From Octopus sinensis (taxonomy: Eukaryota), in the NCBI RefSeq assembly GCF_006345805.1, contig NW_021831683.1, positions 1-34,839 on the forward strand: DNA of 34,839 nucleotides. The letters are read 5' to 3'. Below the pieces are notes generated by a model that was not told the DNA's origin, did not search any database, and was given only the letters and a program-made list of their open reading frames with translations. The first letter of the stretch is position 1; the number at the start of each line of letters is the position of its first letter. The position numbers and the translations under genes were made by a program. This document shows, in pieces, positions 1 to 12,829 of this stretch.

Positions 1-797
1 CCTTGCCACCCGGGCCTCTCTCGCGGCTCCAACACCTTCGTTCTTAGAGCACGCATCCTAGCTCTGACAGCAATCCTTCGTGTTTGGCGTTGAAGTGTTG
101 GTCGAGGGCCAACCTCGCCGCCAAAACGTCGGATGCGATGCCGCTTCTAATGCCTCTTCTAGCTTTAAACTAGATCACCCTCTACTCTATTTCTATCTAT
201 GGCTAGTGCTTTGCTGTACCTAATCGCTTCTGCTTTTACTGCTCTCTTGAGGCAAACCACCATTGTTGTTGATGATGGCTCCCGTCAAAGCCCTCTTTAC
301 TAGTGTGCTAATCCGGTCTCTGAAAACTTGTCTGGACGGGAATGATGCGTTCAGTTTCAGTACCAGGACCCTGTCTATGTGCCTTATCTAAGTCTAGCGT
401 ACACGTCACCCAATTTGTGATCCGTGTAGCTGACTGTGTGGAATTGTGGACATCCTAGTTATCCTTGTCTACTGTCCTACACAGTATCCTATCTAGATAC
501 GATCTCGACGACCCACTGCGTGTTGCTCCATGTCCACGTTGGTGCATTTGGGTGGTCGAGTCGGTACCTGTCAGACAGTTGGAATCGTCTGAGCAGGTCT
601 CTGAGGCATTTGCATCCCCTTCTGTTCTGTCTCTACCCACGTAGTCTACATGCGTGTCCAAGGTAGCATTCCAATCCCCCACTAAGAGTAAAGGACGAGA
701 CGTTCCCAAGAATACTTCTAGACGTCGAAAGAAATCCGCCCGACCTGTTAAGGGCGGTGCGTAGACTGATACGAGTCGAAAAGCGCACCCATTGCTA
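1..797 (-). mobile_element. Tx1/L1-clade non-LTR retrotransposon fragment: ORF2 APE endonuclease plus linker; frameshifted, 5'-truncated, runs off the window start
   Basis: Minus-strand translation gives RLVSVYAPP...LLLVGDWNATLD...SSRSYLDRIL...SYTDHKLV...GPG(Y)WKLN-like and RARMRAL motifs, typical of the L1/Tx1 APE and post-APE region. Confidence 0.85.
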
Positions 798-820
798 GAT
801 AGATAGATAGATAGATAGAT
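796..820. repeat. (TAGA)n microsatellite abutting the LINE 5' junction
   Basis: Direct reading: about 6 units of taga. Confidence 0.95.
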
Positions 821-1300
821 ATGTCAAACATTGTGCTTATGCGTTATTTCATATGCTGCCATTGTCAAAATCTAATTTAAATAGATATTTTCTCCGTGTA
901 TATGTCTGTCTGTATGTATGTATTTATGTATGTATGTATGTACGTGTGTGTGTGGCGAATGGATTGCACAAGGCTGCAGTGATGATACACATCCTTTGTC
1001 CCACTTAACGTTGATGCGATTTGAAGTGAGAATGCAGAGATCTAGAACAAATAGCAAAAGATATTGCAGCCAACGCACTGACTTGATCATTTTACTGTTT
1101 CTCTGTTCTTGGTTATTGAGCATATCGTCGGAAATCGGATTTGCTGAATCAATGTCACTTTGTATATTGTGCTTAAATGTATTTGCCTTTTCATCATTCC
1201 GGGAGCTGGTAACGCAAATTATTTGTCGAGTATTGGAGTAGATGTAATTGACTTCCTCTCTCTCTCTCTCTCTCTCCTCAAGCTTTACGAGCCTTTGTCA

Positions 1301-1487
1301 AAATCAGTGATCTAGCAGAATCGTTAGCACGCCGGGAAAAATGCTTGGCGGCATTTTCGTCCGCGTTTACATTTTGAGTTCGAATTCCGCTTACCTCGAT
1401 TTTGCCTGTCATCCTTTCGAGGAATTTAAAATAAGTATCAATTGAGCACTGGGGTCGATGTAATCGACTTACCCCACCCCTGAAATT
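1301..1487 (+). mobile_element. tRNA-related SINE, type E (short-tail variant)
   Basis: ctagcagaatcgttagcacgccggg...gagttcgaattcc (B-box-like)...gcactggggtcgatgtaatcgactt; similar to many other copies in the window. Confidence 0.8.
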
Positions 1488-1840
1488 ACTTATTATTATT
1501 ATTGTTGTTGTTGTTGTTGTCGTCGTCGTCATCGTCGTTGTTTTGTTGTTGTTGTTATTAATATTATTATGGCTGTCAAACTATCAAGTCACGGAAATTT
1601 GTTGCTCCGTAATTTGAAAAGTGTTTGTAATCCTTTCGGCCTTCTAAGGCCTGTCTTTTTTATTTCTCTTGTTACCATTACACTTCTGAGATTGTCTGGA
1701 TTGCGCAGACAATCCAATTTTGCAGGGGGTGCGCATAAATAATTTTTGATTTTCAACTACTTTCGGCAAAAACAAATGTTTCGCAACTTTCTGTAATTTT
1801 TTAAAGATGGCTATCAGAATCTATGGTTCCTGTACAGAGA

Positions 1841-2010
1841 GGCGCAGGAGTGGCTGTGTGGTAAGTAGCTTGCTTAAAAACCACATGGTTCCGGATTCAA
1901 ACCCACTTCGTGGCACCTTGGGTTAGTGTCTTCTACTATAGCGTTGGACCGAACCTTGTGAGTGGATTTGGTAGACGGAAACTGAAAGAAGCCCGTCAAA
2001 TATGTATATG

Positions 2011-2043
<33 letters not shown>

Positions 2044-2253
2044 TTGTGAGTCTGTGTTTATCCCCCAGCATCGCTTGACAACCGATGCTGGTGTGTTTAC
2101 GTCCCCGTAACTTAGCGGTTCGGCAAAAGAGACCGATAGAAAAACTACTTGGCTAACAAAGAGTAAGTCCTGGGGTCTATTTGCTCGACTAAAGGCGGTG
2201 CTCCAGCATGGCCGCAGACAAATGACTGAAGCAAGTAAAAGAGAGTAGAAGAG
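1841..2253 (+). mobile_element. tRNA-derived SINE, type D, full length, with internal (TA)n(TG)n
   Basis: Head ggcgcaggagtggctgtgtggtaag...ggttccggattcaaaccc, body gtagacggaaactgaaagaagcc, tail ggcggtgctccagcatggccgcag...aagtaaaagag. Homologous to 22228-22625 and 32706-33106. Confidence 0.9.
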
Positions 2254-2345
2254 ATTATACCATTTTTTTTCTGTTGTTCTGAAGCCACATACTCGATTAA
2301 TACCCCCCAATGCAATCTTTTGCTAAAACAGTCATGTCTATCCAA

Positions 2346-2831
2346 GTACTCCTTTTGTAGTAGTATACTGTACTCCTTTTGTAGTAGTATACTGTACTCC
2401 TTTTGTAGTAGTATACTGTACTCCTTTTGTAGTAGTATACTGTACTCCTTTTGTAGAAGTATACTGTACTCCTTTTGTAGTAGTATACTGTACTCCTTTT
2501 GTAGTAGTATATTGTACTCCTTTTGTAGTAGTATACTGTACTCCTTTCGTAGTAGTATACTGTACTCCTTTTGTAGTAGTATACTGTACTCCTTTTGTAG
2601 TAGTATACTGTACTCCTTTTGTTGTAGTGTACTGTACTCTTTTTGTAGTAGTATACTATACTCCTTTTGTAGTAGTATACTGTACTCCTTTTGTAGTAGT
2701 ATACTGTACTCGTTTTGTAGTAGTATATTGTACTCCTTTTGTAGTAGTATACTGTACTCCTTTTGTAGTAGTATACTGTACTCCTTTTGTAGTAGTATAC
2801 TGTACTCCTTTTGTAGTAGTATACTGTACTC
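2346..2831. repeat. 24-bp minisatellite, 20 copies plus 6 bp (unit gtactccttttgtagtagtatact)
   Basis: Direct reading. The minus-strand ORF shows 20 EYSILLQK-type units with only scattered substitutions. No spacers. Confidence 0.97.
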
Positions 2832-3008
2832 GCTCAAAATGGGATCGATATCTTCGTCTCCTTTCCTACACATTCCGACTGAGTTTTCTCAATCATTGCC
2901 TTTTTTCAGATTTGTTGTACCAGCTTCTAATAAAGACAAAGACCGACAAATTGCAGAAGACGAGAGTCGTTTTTTGTTACTGTTGTTGTTGCTGTCGTCT
3001 GTTTACAG

Positions 3009-3216
3009 AACCGTTAGATTGCATGGGAAACGTTTGGAGGTATTTGTTCCGGCTCTGAATTCAACCTTGCATCTCACTTTTTCCGGCTTCGATGAAATAA
3101 AGTACTGGTCTAGCACTGCGGTTGATGGTATCGATTTGTCCTATCTCCTGAAAACGGCTGGCCTCGGGCCTAAATCAGAAACTTCAAAAGATAAGAAAAT
3201 AAGTCTCTTTTACAAG
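3009..3216 (+). CDS. Candidate coding exon of an unidentified host gene (TVRLHGKRLEVFVPALNSTLHLTFSGFDEIKYWSSTAVDGIDLSYLLKTAGLGPKSETSKDKKISLFYK)
   Basis: Acceptor gtctgtttacag, donor AAG|gtattt, 208 nt, phase 2 to 0. It lies in a frame that is open from 2320 to 3336. An alternative in-frame acceptor is at 2909 (ttttttcag). No homolog recognised. Confidence 0.35.
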
Positions 3217-4009
3217 GTATTTCGTTTGTTTATGTGTCTGCCTCTGTGTGTGTGTTTGTGGTGTGTGTGTGTTTATATTATCTACTTTTCATCTAAAGAT
3301 GTATTACTTTGTTATGACGTTAGAGAGTTATTTTAGCTAATTAGATCGATCTAAGGTATTTCAGGATATGAACGAGACCTGAATTATGGACAACACATGA
3401 ATTCAGGAAGAGACGTAAATCCGTGGTCCTTTTCTTAGGAAAAAATGTTTATTAGGAAAATGTTTATTGTAACAGGCATTACAAAATTCTAAAAAGTGAA
3501 ATTGTTTTTACAGTTATTGTAAAATCAAAAACAATATTATTGTTGTTAATATATCAAATTCTTAATGAATATTATACATACATAAAGCTACATATCAAAG
3601 TAGAGAAACCAAGGACTGAACTTCTGTGTATTCGCCTAAATCATGATAACGATGATGACAATGATAACAATGATGAGGAGGAGGAGGAGGAGAATGAGAA
3701 TAACTATAATGATGTCGACGACTTTGTCAACGACGAAGTCGATGACGTTTTTGATCTTCATACTAATGGTTATGATAATGGGGAGTGCTGGGAGATGTTT
3801 GCATTAGAGTTGTAGACATAATGGTGATCAGGCGAAGGAGGAGGAGGAGAAAATTTGAAAAAAAAAATTATGCTTAAGTTTCTAAAGACGCAAGAACAGC
3901 ATCAACATCGAGAACGAAATGCTCAAATCTAATTCAGAAGTTGATTTGGTAAAAAAAATGTTAATAGGTTTTACATGCTGAAAAAAATGTACAACGTACA
4001 GATATACTT

Positions 4010-4014
4010 ACATC

Positions 4015-4085
<71 letters not shown>

Positions 4086-4149
4086 TAGAGAAAGTATATG
4101 TGTATGTAGGTGTTTATTGTATGTAGGTATTCATGTATGTAGGTATATA

Positions 4150-4214
<65 letters not shown>

Positions 4215-4455
4215 GTGCAAATAAGAGGTATATATGTGTGTGTGTGTATGTATATACAGACATAAGTGTAAGTGTATATACATACAAAAAGAGCCATAGA
4301 CAGATAGATAGATAGATAATTTATGAATAAACATATAATATGTAAAACATATCTATATACATGTGTCCTATGTGTTGTTTGTATAAATATATATATACAA
4401 TATATATATATGCATACATACACACGCATGTGCGCACACACACACATACACACAC

Positions 4456-4538
<83 letters not shown>

Positions 4539-4613
4539 TGGAGACAGAGAGATACTCATATACATATGTACATATATATATTTGTATACATTTATATATG
4601 ATCACATACACAT

Positions 4614-4680
<67 letters not shown>

Positions 4681-4800
4681 TGCATACACACATACATATA
4701 TACATACATGCATACGTATGTATGTACATACATACATACATACATACATACATACATACATACATACATACATACATACATACATACATACATACATACA

Positions 4801-4830
<30 letters not shown>
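4010..4830. repeat. Compound microsatellite block (GT)n/(TA)n/(GA)n/(ATAC)n
   Basis: Direct reading. Confidence 0.97.
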
Positions 4831-4833
<3 letters not shown>

Positions 4834-5199
4834 TTGACTATATAAATCATACAATCATAACAAATATTATTTACAAGCGAGACACACAAAAAATTTTCCG
4901 AGACAAAAAAAAAAGGAAGTATCATGACGATGAAATCAAAATTAGATGAAATAACATTAAAAGTTGAGTTTGGGAAGAGAACAACAAACCAAGTATAGCA
5001 TAAACAACTTTTAAAACAACAACAACTAGAATAAAAAAACAACAACAACTACGACGACAAGTAAGACGTCAACAACTAAACGAAGATTACTAGAGGTATT
5101 TATCAAGAAAGATCAATAAAATTTGAGGGACTGAAAAGCACAAATGGAGAAAAAAAATGTCTAGATAAAAAGGGAGATAATTAAATAAAGAGATACTTC

Positions 5200-5553
5200 A
5201 GAACATATTTATTTTTCGTATTCACATATATATATATATATATAGACAGACTCATATACAGGTACATTAAAAATATAGATATGAGTGTGTAGATATAAAC
5301 ATTTACATATACATATATGTATGTATGAAGTGAGTATTTATGTATGTGCGTGTGTTTATATGTACGTGAGTATTTGTATGTATGTATGTATGTATGTATG
5401 TATGTATGTATGTATGTATGCGAATAGTTGAGCACGTAAACAAATATTGTACGCAAGTCTATGTGATTTACTCTAAAGCATAAACGTTTGTGTATATATA
5501 TATATATATGGATAGATAGATAGTTATTCACATATGTATATATATATATTATA

Positions 5554-5616
<63 letters not shown>

Positions 5617-5721
5617 ACTTACTTGGAAGAGGATGCGTCGTGTTCAATCATATAATAATAAAAATAATATATATATATGCATATATACATACGTATATGT
5701 ACGTACTTACATCTATACGGG

Positions 5722-5762
<41 letters not shown>

Positions 5763-6056
5763 TATGTGGGCACAGGACGTCACGAAACGTGTACAATAAA
5801 AAAATATGCAGTACGAGTATTTTGAGTATTTAACAAAATCGAAATACGAGAGGAGAAAAACAGCCAACAACTGATGAAGGGTCGTTCTTTATGTTGTTTG
5901 TGTTGTTATCCATTTGTGTCTTTCGTTATTCGAAAACATAGCTCATATTCCATGTACTCGTACTTCGTAAATTTTTTGTACACATTACGTGACGTGACGT
6001 CCTGTGCCCACATATGCATATATTATATACGTATAGATGTAAGTATATACATATAA

Positions 6057-6099
<43 letters not shown>

Positions 6100-6367
6100 A
6101 AGAAACAGAGAGACAGAGAGAAAAATAAGAATACTTATGCACATATGACTTTCGGTGTAATTCTACGTATTATATTTTTGCACATCTAATTGTGTGTGAG
6201 AATGTGTACTTATATATTTTACAAAGAGAGATGGACAGATATACGTGTGTGTGTGTGTGTGTGTGTGTTTGTGTGTATGTATATATCTATGTATATATTT
6301 ATATATACATATATATATATGTATGTATATATATATATACACATATACATACATATGTATATGTGCA

Positions 6368-6407
<40 letters not shown>

Positions 6408-6502
6408 TACATATGTATATGTGCATCTATATATATATATTATATATATATATACATATATATGTGTGTCTGTGTGTATGTATATGTGTATATATATATT
6501 TA

Positions 6503-6586
<84 letters not shown>

Positions 6587-6625
6587 TATACATATACATA
6601 CATACATATATATATATATATAATT
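5200..6625. repeat. Compound (TA)n/(TATG)n/(GT)n microsatellite region hosting a foldback element
   Basis: Direct reading. Confidence 0.9.
5690..6060. mobile_element. Foldback/MITE-like element with long imperfect inverted arms
   Basis: atatgcatatgtgggcacaggacgtcacg...gtacgagta (5756-5819) is inverted at 5955-6021. The outer tacttacatctatacg (5704-5719) is inverted at 6030-6045. Confidence 0.7.
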
Positions 6626-6725
6626 TTAAAATAGGATAAAATCTTTATGAGAATTTATCAAGTAGTTAGCGTGAAAAACCTCATAAGAAAAAAAAACATC
6701 AAATTTTATCTTAAATATATTTATT

Positions 6726-6861
6726 TATATTATATAGAGGACATTACTATACATAAATGCCACACGCTAGAAGGGACGATGTGTTTATTTATTCTTGCAG
6801 TTTTGACTTTAAGAGTCCCCTGTAGCTTGTGGCATTTATGTATAGTAATGCCCTCTATATA

Positions 6862-6866
<5 letters not shown>
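6726..6866. mobile_element. Short MITE / near-perfect hairpin (52-bp arms, 37-bp spacer) in a TA context
   Basis: Arms 6726-6777 and 6815-6866 are reverse complements with 4 mismatches by my alignment. Confidence 0.8.
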
Positions 6867-6917
<51 letters not shown>

Positions 6918-7042
6918 ATAAATATATATGTATATATATATATATATAATATATATATATATATAATATATATATATATATATGTATGTATATATGTATA
7001 TATATGTATGTATATACATAGATATATATAGATATAGATATA

Positions 7043-8147
<1,105 letters not shown>

Positions 8148-8452
8148 CATATATATATAATTTCCCCTTTTTGGCTGGTTAGGCACGATGCCGTACCCCA
8201 CTCACACTCCGGATTTGTCCCCACCACCTCGCTCCTCGGATAATTTTAGCAGATTTCAGGCTATTGATAGATATTCGGTGAAAACTCTCGCTGAGATTTC
8301 TCATGGCCCTTGTATAAACCGACATTTCCTACACTTCACTTTTCGTTGCATTGCCAAAATCTCGAACTTAGCCTGAGGATAATTTTCTTTCTCTTTCTCC
8401 AATGTCGGTAGACACCGTTCCAATGTAAATTCCTTTTAACACCACATATTTT

Positions 8453-8698
8453 CAGTGGTTAGAGCATCGAGCTTACAATCGCGAGGTTGTGAGTTCGAAT
8501 CACGGACTGGGCTGCATGTTGTGTTCTTGAGCAAGACAGCTTATTTCACATTGCTCCAGTTCACTCAGCTGCAGAAATGAGTTGCGACGCCACAGGTGCC
8601 AAGCTGTATCAGCCTTTGCCTTTCCCTTGGATAACACTGGTGGGGTGGAGAGGGGAGGCCGGTATGCATGGGTGACTGCTTGTCTTCCATAAACAACC
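8453..8698 (+). mobile_element. tRNA-derived SINE, type A, 3'-truncated
   Basis: agtggttagagc A-box, gagttcgaatc B-box, CORE-like gtgttcttgagcaagac. Homologous to 18484-18822. Confidence 0.85.
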
Positions 8699-9586
8699 GG
8701 GGTGTCATTGCCGAGTCTGATGTCTCGGGGGTGTTCCGCGAACTGGTCAGCCATGCGGCGTCCCGTTTGCCCGATGTATAGAGAAGGGCAGAAAGAGCAG
8801 GACATGCAGTAGATGACATTGGTAGAAGTGCAGGTGAAGGGTCGATGATATAATAGGATCGATGATGGGAGGGCGGGAGCAGGGGAACGAGCCGGGTTGG
8901 GAGGTTGTGTTAGGGAAGAAACTGTGGACCAAGAGGTTTCGTAGGTTGTGAGTTAGTTTGAAGGAGAAGAGAGTTTGGTTAGGGAAGATGTGCCTAATCG
9001 AGGGGTCGGACTGGAGCCACCGGAAGGCTCGGAGAATGGTGCGTTGGAGAGGTAGGATGGTGGGGTGGTAGGTTAGGGGAAACAGGAGACGGGAGATGGC
9101 GAGCGGGTGCGGTGGGGAGAGCAGATGCATGGTCCACGGAACGTGCTCTGGCAAGAGCAGTATGGATAGTGATGAGGGGATATCCACGTAGGATGAATTG
9201 GCGTGCCATGAGTTGAGACTGAGTCACAAATTCATGGTCGTCTCTACAGAGCCTGCATAGACCGAGGAATTGGAAACAGAGGATGAAAATCTTGGTGTGT
9301 TTAGGGTGGGAGGAGAAGTTGAAGTATGAGTGTGAGTCTGTGTGTTTGTAGTGCATGGAGGTGGTGCGAGTGGAGTGATGAATACTGACCGAAATGTCAA
9401 GAAAGGAGACAGAGGTGTCAGAGATAGTGCAGAAGAAGTGGAGGGCAGGATGAAAAGATTCGACAAAAGTGAGGAAGGAGTCTAGATGTTCGCTGGAGAG
9501 TGATGTCGTACCGATGCAGTCATCAATATAACGGCCGTATAGTTCGGGAGAAACTTGAGAATATTGGGGCCTCAACGTAGCCAACG
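8699..9586 (-). mobile_element. Penelope-like element fragment: RT C-terminal half plus start of GIY-YIG endonuclease
   Basis: RYIDDC (RT catalytic motif), VSFLDISV, YKHTDSHSY, RGYP, LTYHP, and CSFCPSLYIGQTGRRMADQFAEH (GIY-YIG), spread across frameshifted ORFs. Confidence 0.9.
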
Positions 9587-9650
9587 ACACACACACACAC
9601 AGACACACACAGACACACACAGACACACACACATACAGACAAACACATAC

Positions 9651-9731
<81 letters not shown>

Positions 9732-9780
9732 TAAATGAAAGACGGAAGATGGAATATATGAGAATTTATTAATATACATA

Positions 9781-9930
9781 CAACAGGCTTCTTTAAGTTT
9801 CCGTCTACCAAATCCACTCACACTGGGGTTATAGCTGAAGACAGTTGCCCAGAGTGACACGCAGTGGGAATGAATCCGGAACTATGTAGTTGGGAACCAA
9901 TCTTCTTACCCCACAGCCACACCTGAGCCT
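9781..9930 (-). mobile_element. SINE type D, 5' half only
   Basis: Reverse complement of the type D head and body (ggcttctttaagtttccgtctaccaaatccactcac). Confidence 0.75.
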
Positions 9931-10003
9931 GTAATATATATAGCAAGGGACAGTAAGATAAGTAACGTGCGTGATTTGAGGGAAATTTAGCACTTATATT
10001 CAC

Positions 10004-10288
10004 CTTGTCGGACTTCAACATGGATGCACGAATATTTGACGACGTTGTAAACATATTGATGGTGGACACTATCGTATAATTTTTGCTGTTGTTGTTGTTG
10101 CTGTCTGGCACAGTTTCAATATATTGGTAGTCACAAAACAAACCATCTCTTGCTATATCTTGGTCATCGTGCGGAGACGGACGTTCATCTTTAGCAGACA
10201 GGCAATGTATGTAAACACATCGTAAAAGCCATCGTATCTTAGGAAAGATAACGAGCAAATATTGCTGCAGACTACTTGTCGGCAAGCA
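10004..10288 (-). CDS. Candidate 285-nt symmetric exon (CLPTSSLQQYLLVIFPK...GLFCDYQYIETVPD...SMLKSDK), product unknown
   Basis: Acceptor ctgttttctag, donor AAG|gtgaat, 95 open codons, phase 0 to 0, inside ORF 9818-10285. No homolog recognised. Confidence 0.3.
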
Positions 10289-10304
10289 CTAGAAAACAGA
10301 ATTT

Positions 10305-10705
<401 letters not shown>

Positions 10706-10833
10706 TTAAATAAAGGCACTAACATCTACGGCAATGAAACCTTTGAAAGAACATGTCTCTTACTCACCTTTTTCTCTTTCTGTTCCTCTTATTTCTTATT
10801 TCTTTCTGTTCCCCCTATCTCTTTCTCTCTCTT

Positions 10834-10878
<45 letters not shown>

Positions 10879-11003
10879 CACTTTCTCTCTGTTTCTGCCT
10901 CCCTCATTCTATCTATCTCCCTTTCTTTCTCACCTTCTCTCTAACTGCTTATCAGTCAGTCAATCCATGTGTTTATCAATACGCACATCACACAAATGTA
11001 CGT

Positions 11004-11078
11004 GAGCGCGTGTGCGTGTGCGCGTGCGTGTGCGTGTGCGCGTGCGTGTGCGTGTGCGCGTGCGTGTGCGTGTGTGTG
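11004..11078. repeat. 18-bp alternating purine-pyrimidine repeat (cgcgtgcgtgtgcgtgtg), about 3.5 copies
   Basis: Direct reading. Confidence 0.85.
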
Positions 11079-11213
11079 AATGAGTGTACTCGCGAGTTTG
11101 GTCGTAGAAAGTATATATATAATTATAAAAAATACATATGTATAAAAGTATGATATACGTGTGCTTTACAACCGCACATTCATACAGGGACACGCATTTA
11201 TACATACACACCT

Positions 11214-11257
<44 letters not shown>

Positions 11258-12239
11258 TTGCAGGTATGTATGTATGCATGTATATATCTATGTATGCATG
11301 TATATGTATATGTATGCATACAGTTTTATTTTTCAATAGATGAATGTATTTGCACGTATGTATACACTTTATTTTTTACAATTTATATACATATATATAT
11401 ATAAGTATTCATATATATGTATATATATATGTATGTATACATACATATACACATATATATACGTGCGTGTGTGTTCTCTCTCACAAATAACTAAGACATG
11501 TTGTTAAAATTTTAGTAAATAAATAAAAAGAAAACGATGAGAGCACGAGGTACAGGTAGAGATCAAATGTTTTTTTGGAATCCGTCCAGACAGACTTGTA
11601 TTATTGATCAATCTGAAAGTATTTGATTTTCTACAGGATTCAAAATGTCGATAGCTTGAGGGCAAAACTCCGTTGAAAATATGAAAGCAGCGCAGTATTA
11701 TCGATCTGGACTTGATATGTGAAGATAGTAAAAAGCCGACAGCGTTATATGAGTATTTGAAAATTTCAGAACAGAGATGAAGCAAAATCTTGTGAAGTAG
11801 ATAGTGACTGTTGCTAACCATAGAAGTTTTTCTTCTTTTTTTTTTTATTTGTTATTAGAAAAAATGTAATAATAATAAACATAAAACAAAATGGAAAAAA
11901 AAGTGAAACTTTTAAATCTGTTTTACGTTATCTGATAAATGGTATATTTGATTATAATACTAATGCTAAGATTACTACTACAGCTACTAAGACTATTTCT
12001 CTTTTATAACACAGCGCCACAAATTTGATGGTGAGAGTACAGTCGATTGTATCAACCCCAAGACTTGTTTTAATCTACCCCGGAAGAATGAAAATCAAAA
12101 TTGTTCGGGTTGACATCTGAACTCAGGGTGTAAAGAGCCGTAGAAACATTACATATCATAAAGCATATTGCGCAACGCTGTAATGATTCTATTAAACTAA
12201 TGCTTCTAAAGTAATTCATGATAATATTAATGGTTTCTA

Positions 12240-12815
12240 ATGTTGACACAATGCCAGCAATTTTAGTAAGGAAGTAAGGAAAGTCGGTTCCACTGATTCA
12301 GTGTTTAACTGGTATTTGCTTCATTGATATTAAAAGGATGAGTGACGAAGTTGACCTCGGCGGCATTTAAACTCAGAACGTAAAGACGGGCGAAATATTT
12401 AGCAGCATTTCGTCCGGCGTGCTAACGATTCTGCCAGCAAGTTCCCTTAATTCATTATGATGGTTTCAAATTTTGTCACAAGGTCAACAATTTCAGAGAC
12501 GAGGTTAAGTCGATTACATCGACTCCAATGCTCAATTGGTACTTATTTCATCGACCCAGAAAAGATGGAAGGCAAAGCTCGGAGGAATTTGAACTCAGAA
12601 CGTAAATACTCATAAATTGCTAATAGGCATTATGTCCCGTATATACGAACGGTTCTGCTAGCTCGCTGCCTTTTACCTCATGATAATATTGATTTCAAAT
12701 TTTGGCATAGGACCAGCAATTTTGGAGATGGGTGTAAGTCGATTACGTCGACCCCAATGCTTAACTGGTACTTATTTTATTAAACCCGAAAAGCTGAAAG
12801 ACAAAGTCGACTCTG
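12240..12815 (-). mobile_element. Cluster of three head-to-tail type E SINE copies (about 12240-12450, 12462-12678, 12690-12815)
   Basis: Repeated gtcgattac...actggtacttatttt...gaactcagaacgtaaa...ctgccagc blocks. Confidence 0.8.
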
Positions 12816-12829
12816 ACGGGACAGAGCAA

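Noticed and set aside
872-1241. Signal-peptide-like hydrophobic ORFs on both strands
   Set aside because: Both start or end in microsatellite, look equally plausible on either strand, and have no recognisable domain.
1690-1715. 9-bp hairpin gattgtctg/cagacaatc
   Set aside because: It is short enough to occur by chance in 35 kb and has no associated feature.
2346-2831. Regular 24-bp repeat as a possible CRISPR array
   Set aside because: The units are contiguous with no unique spacers, there are no cas genes, and the context is eukaryotic.
5865-5945. CTGATGA (5871-5877) and a later GAAA (5932) in the foldback spacer, as a fourth hammerhead
   Set aside because: There is no NUH cleavage triplet or stem I 3' strand after GAAA, and stem II would be long and weak. 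It could be a decayed relic, but this is not supportable.
8188-8376. ORF starting MPYPTHTPDLSP, resembling the mariner YSPDLAP motif
   Set aside because: No flanking transposase similarity in any frame; it is a single short motif.
11504-11821. 105-aa minus ORF with LINNTSLSGRIP, resembling a plant-type LRR
   Set aside because: It is a single partial match with no repeats, and I found no convincing splice-site pair or phase link.
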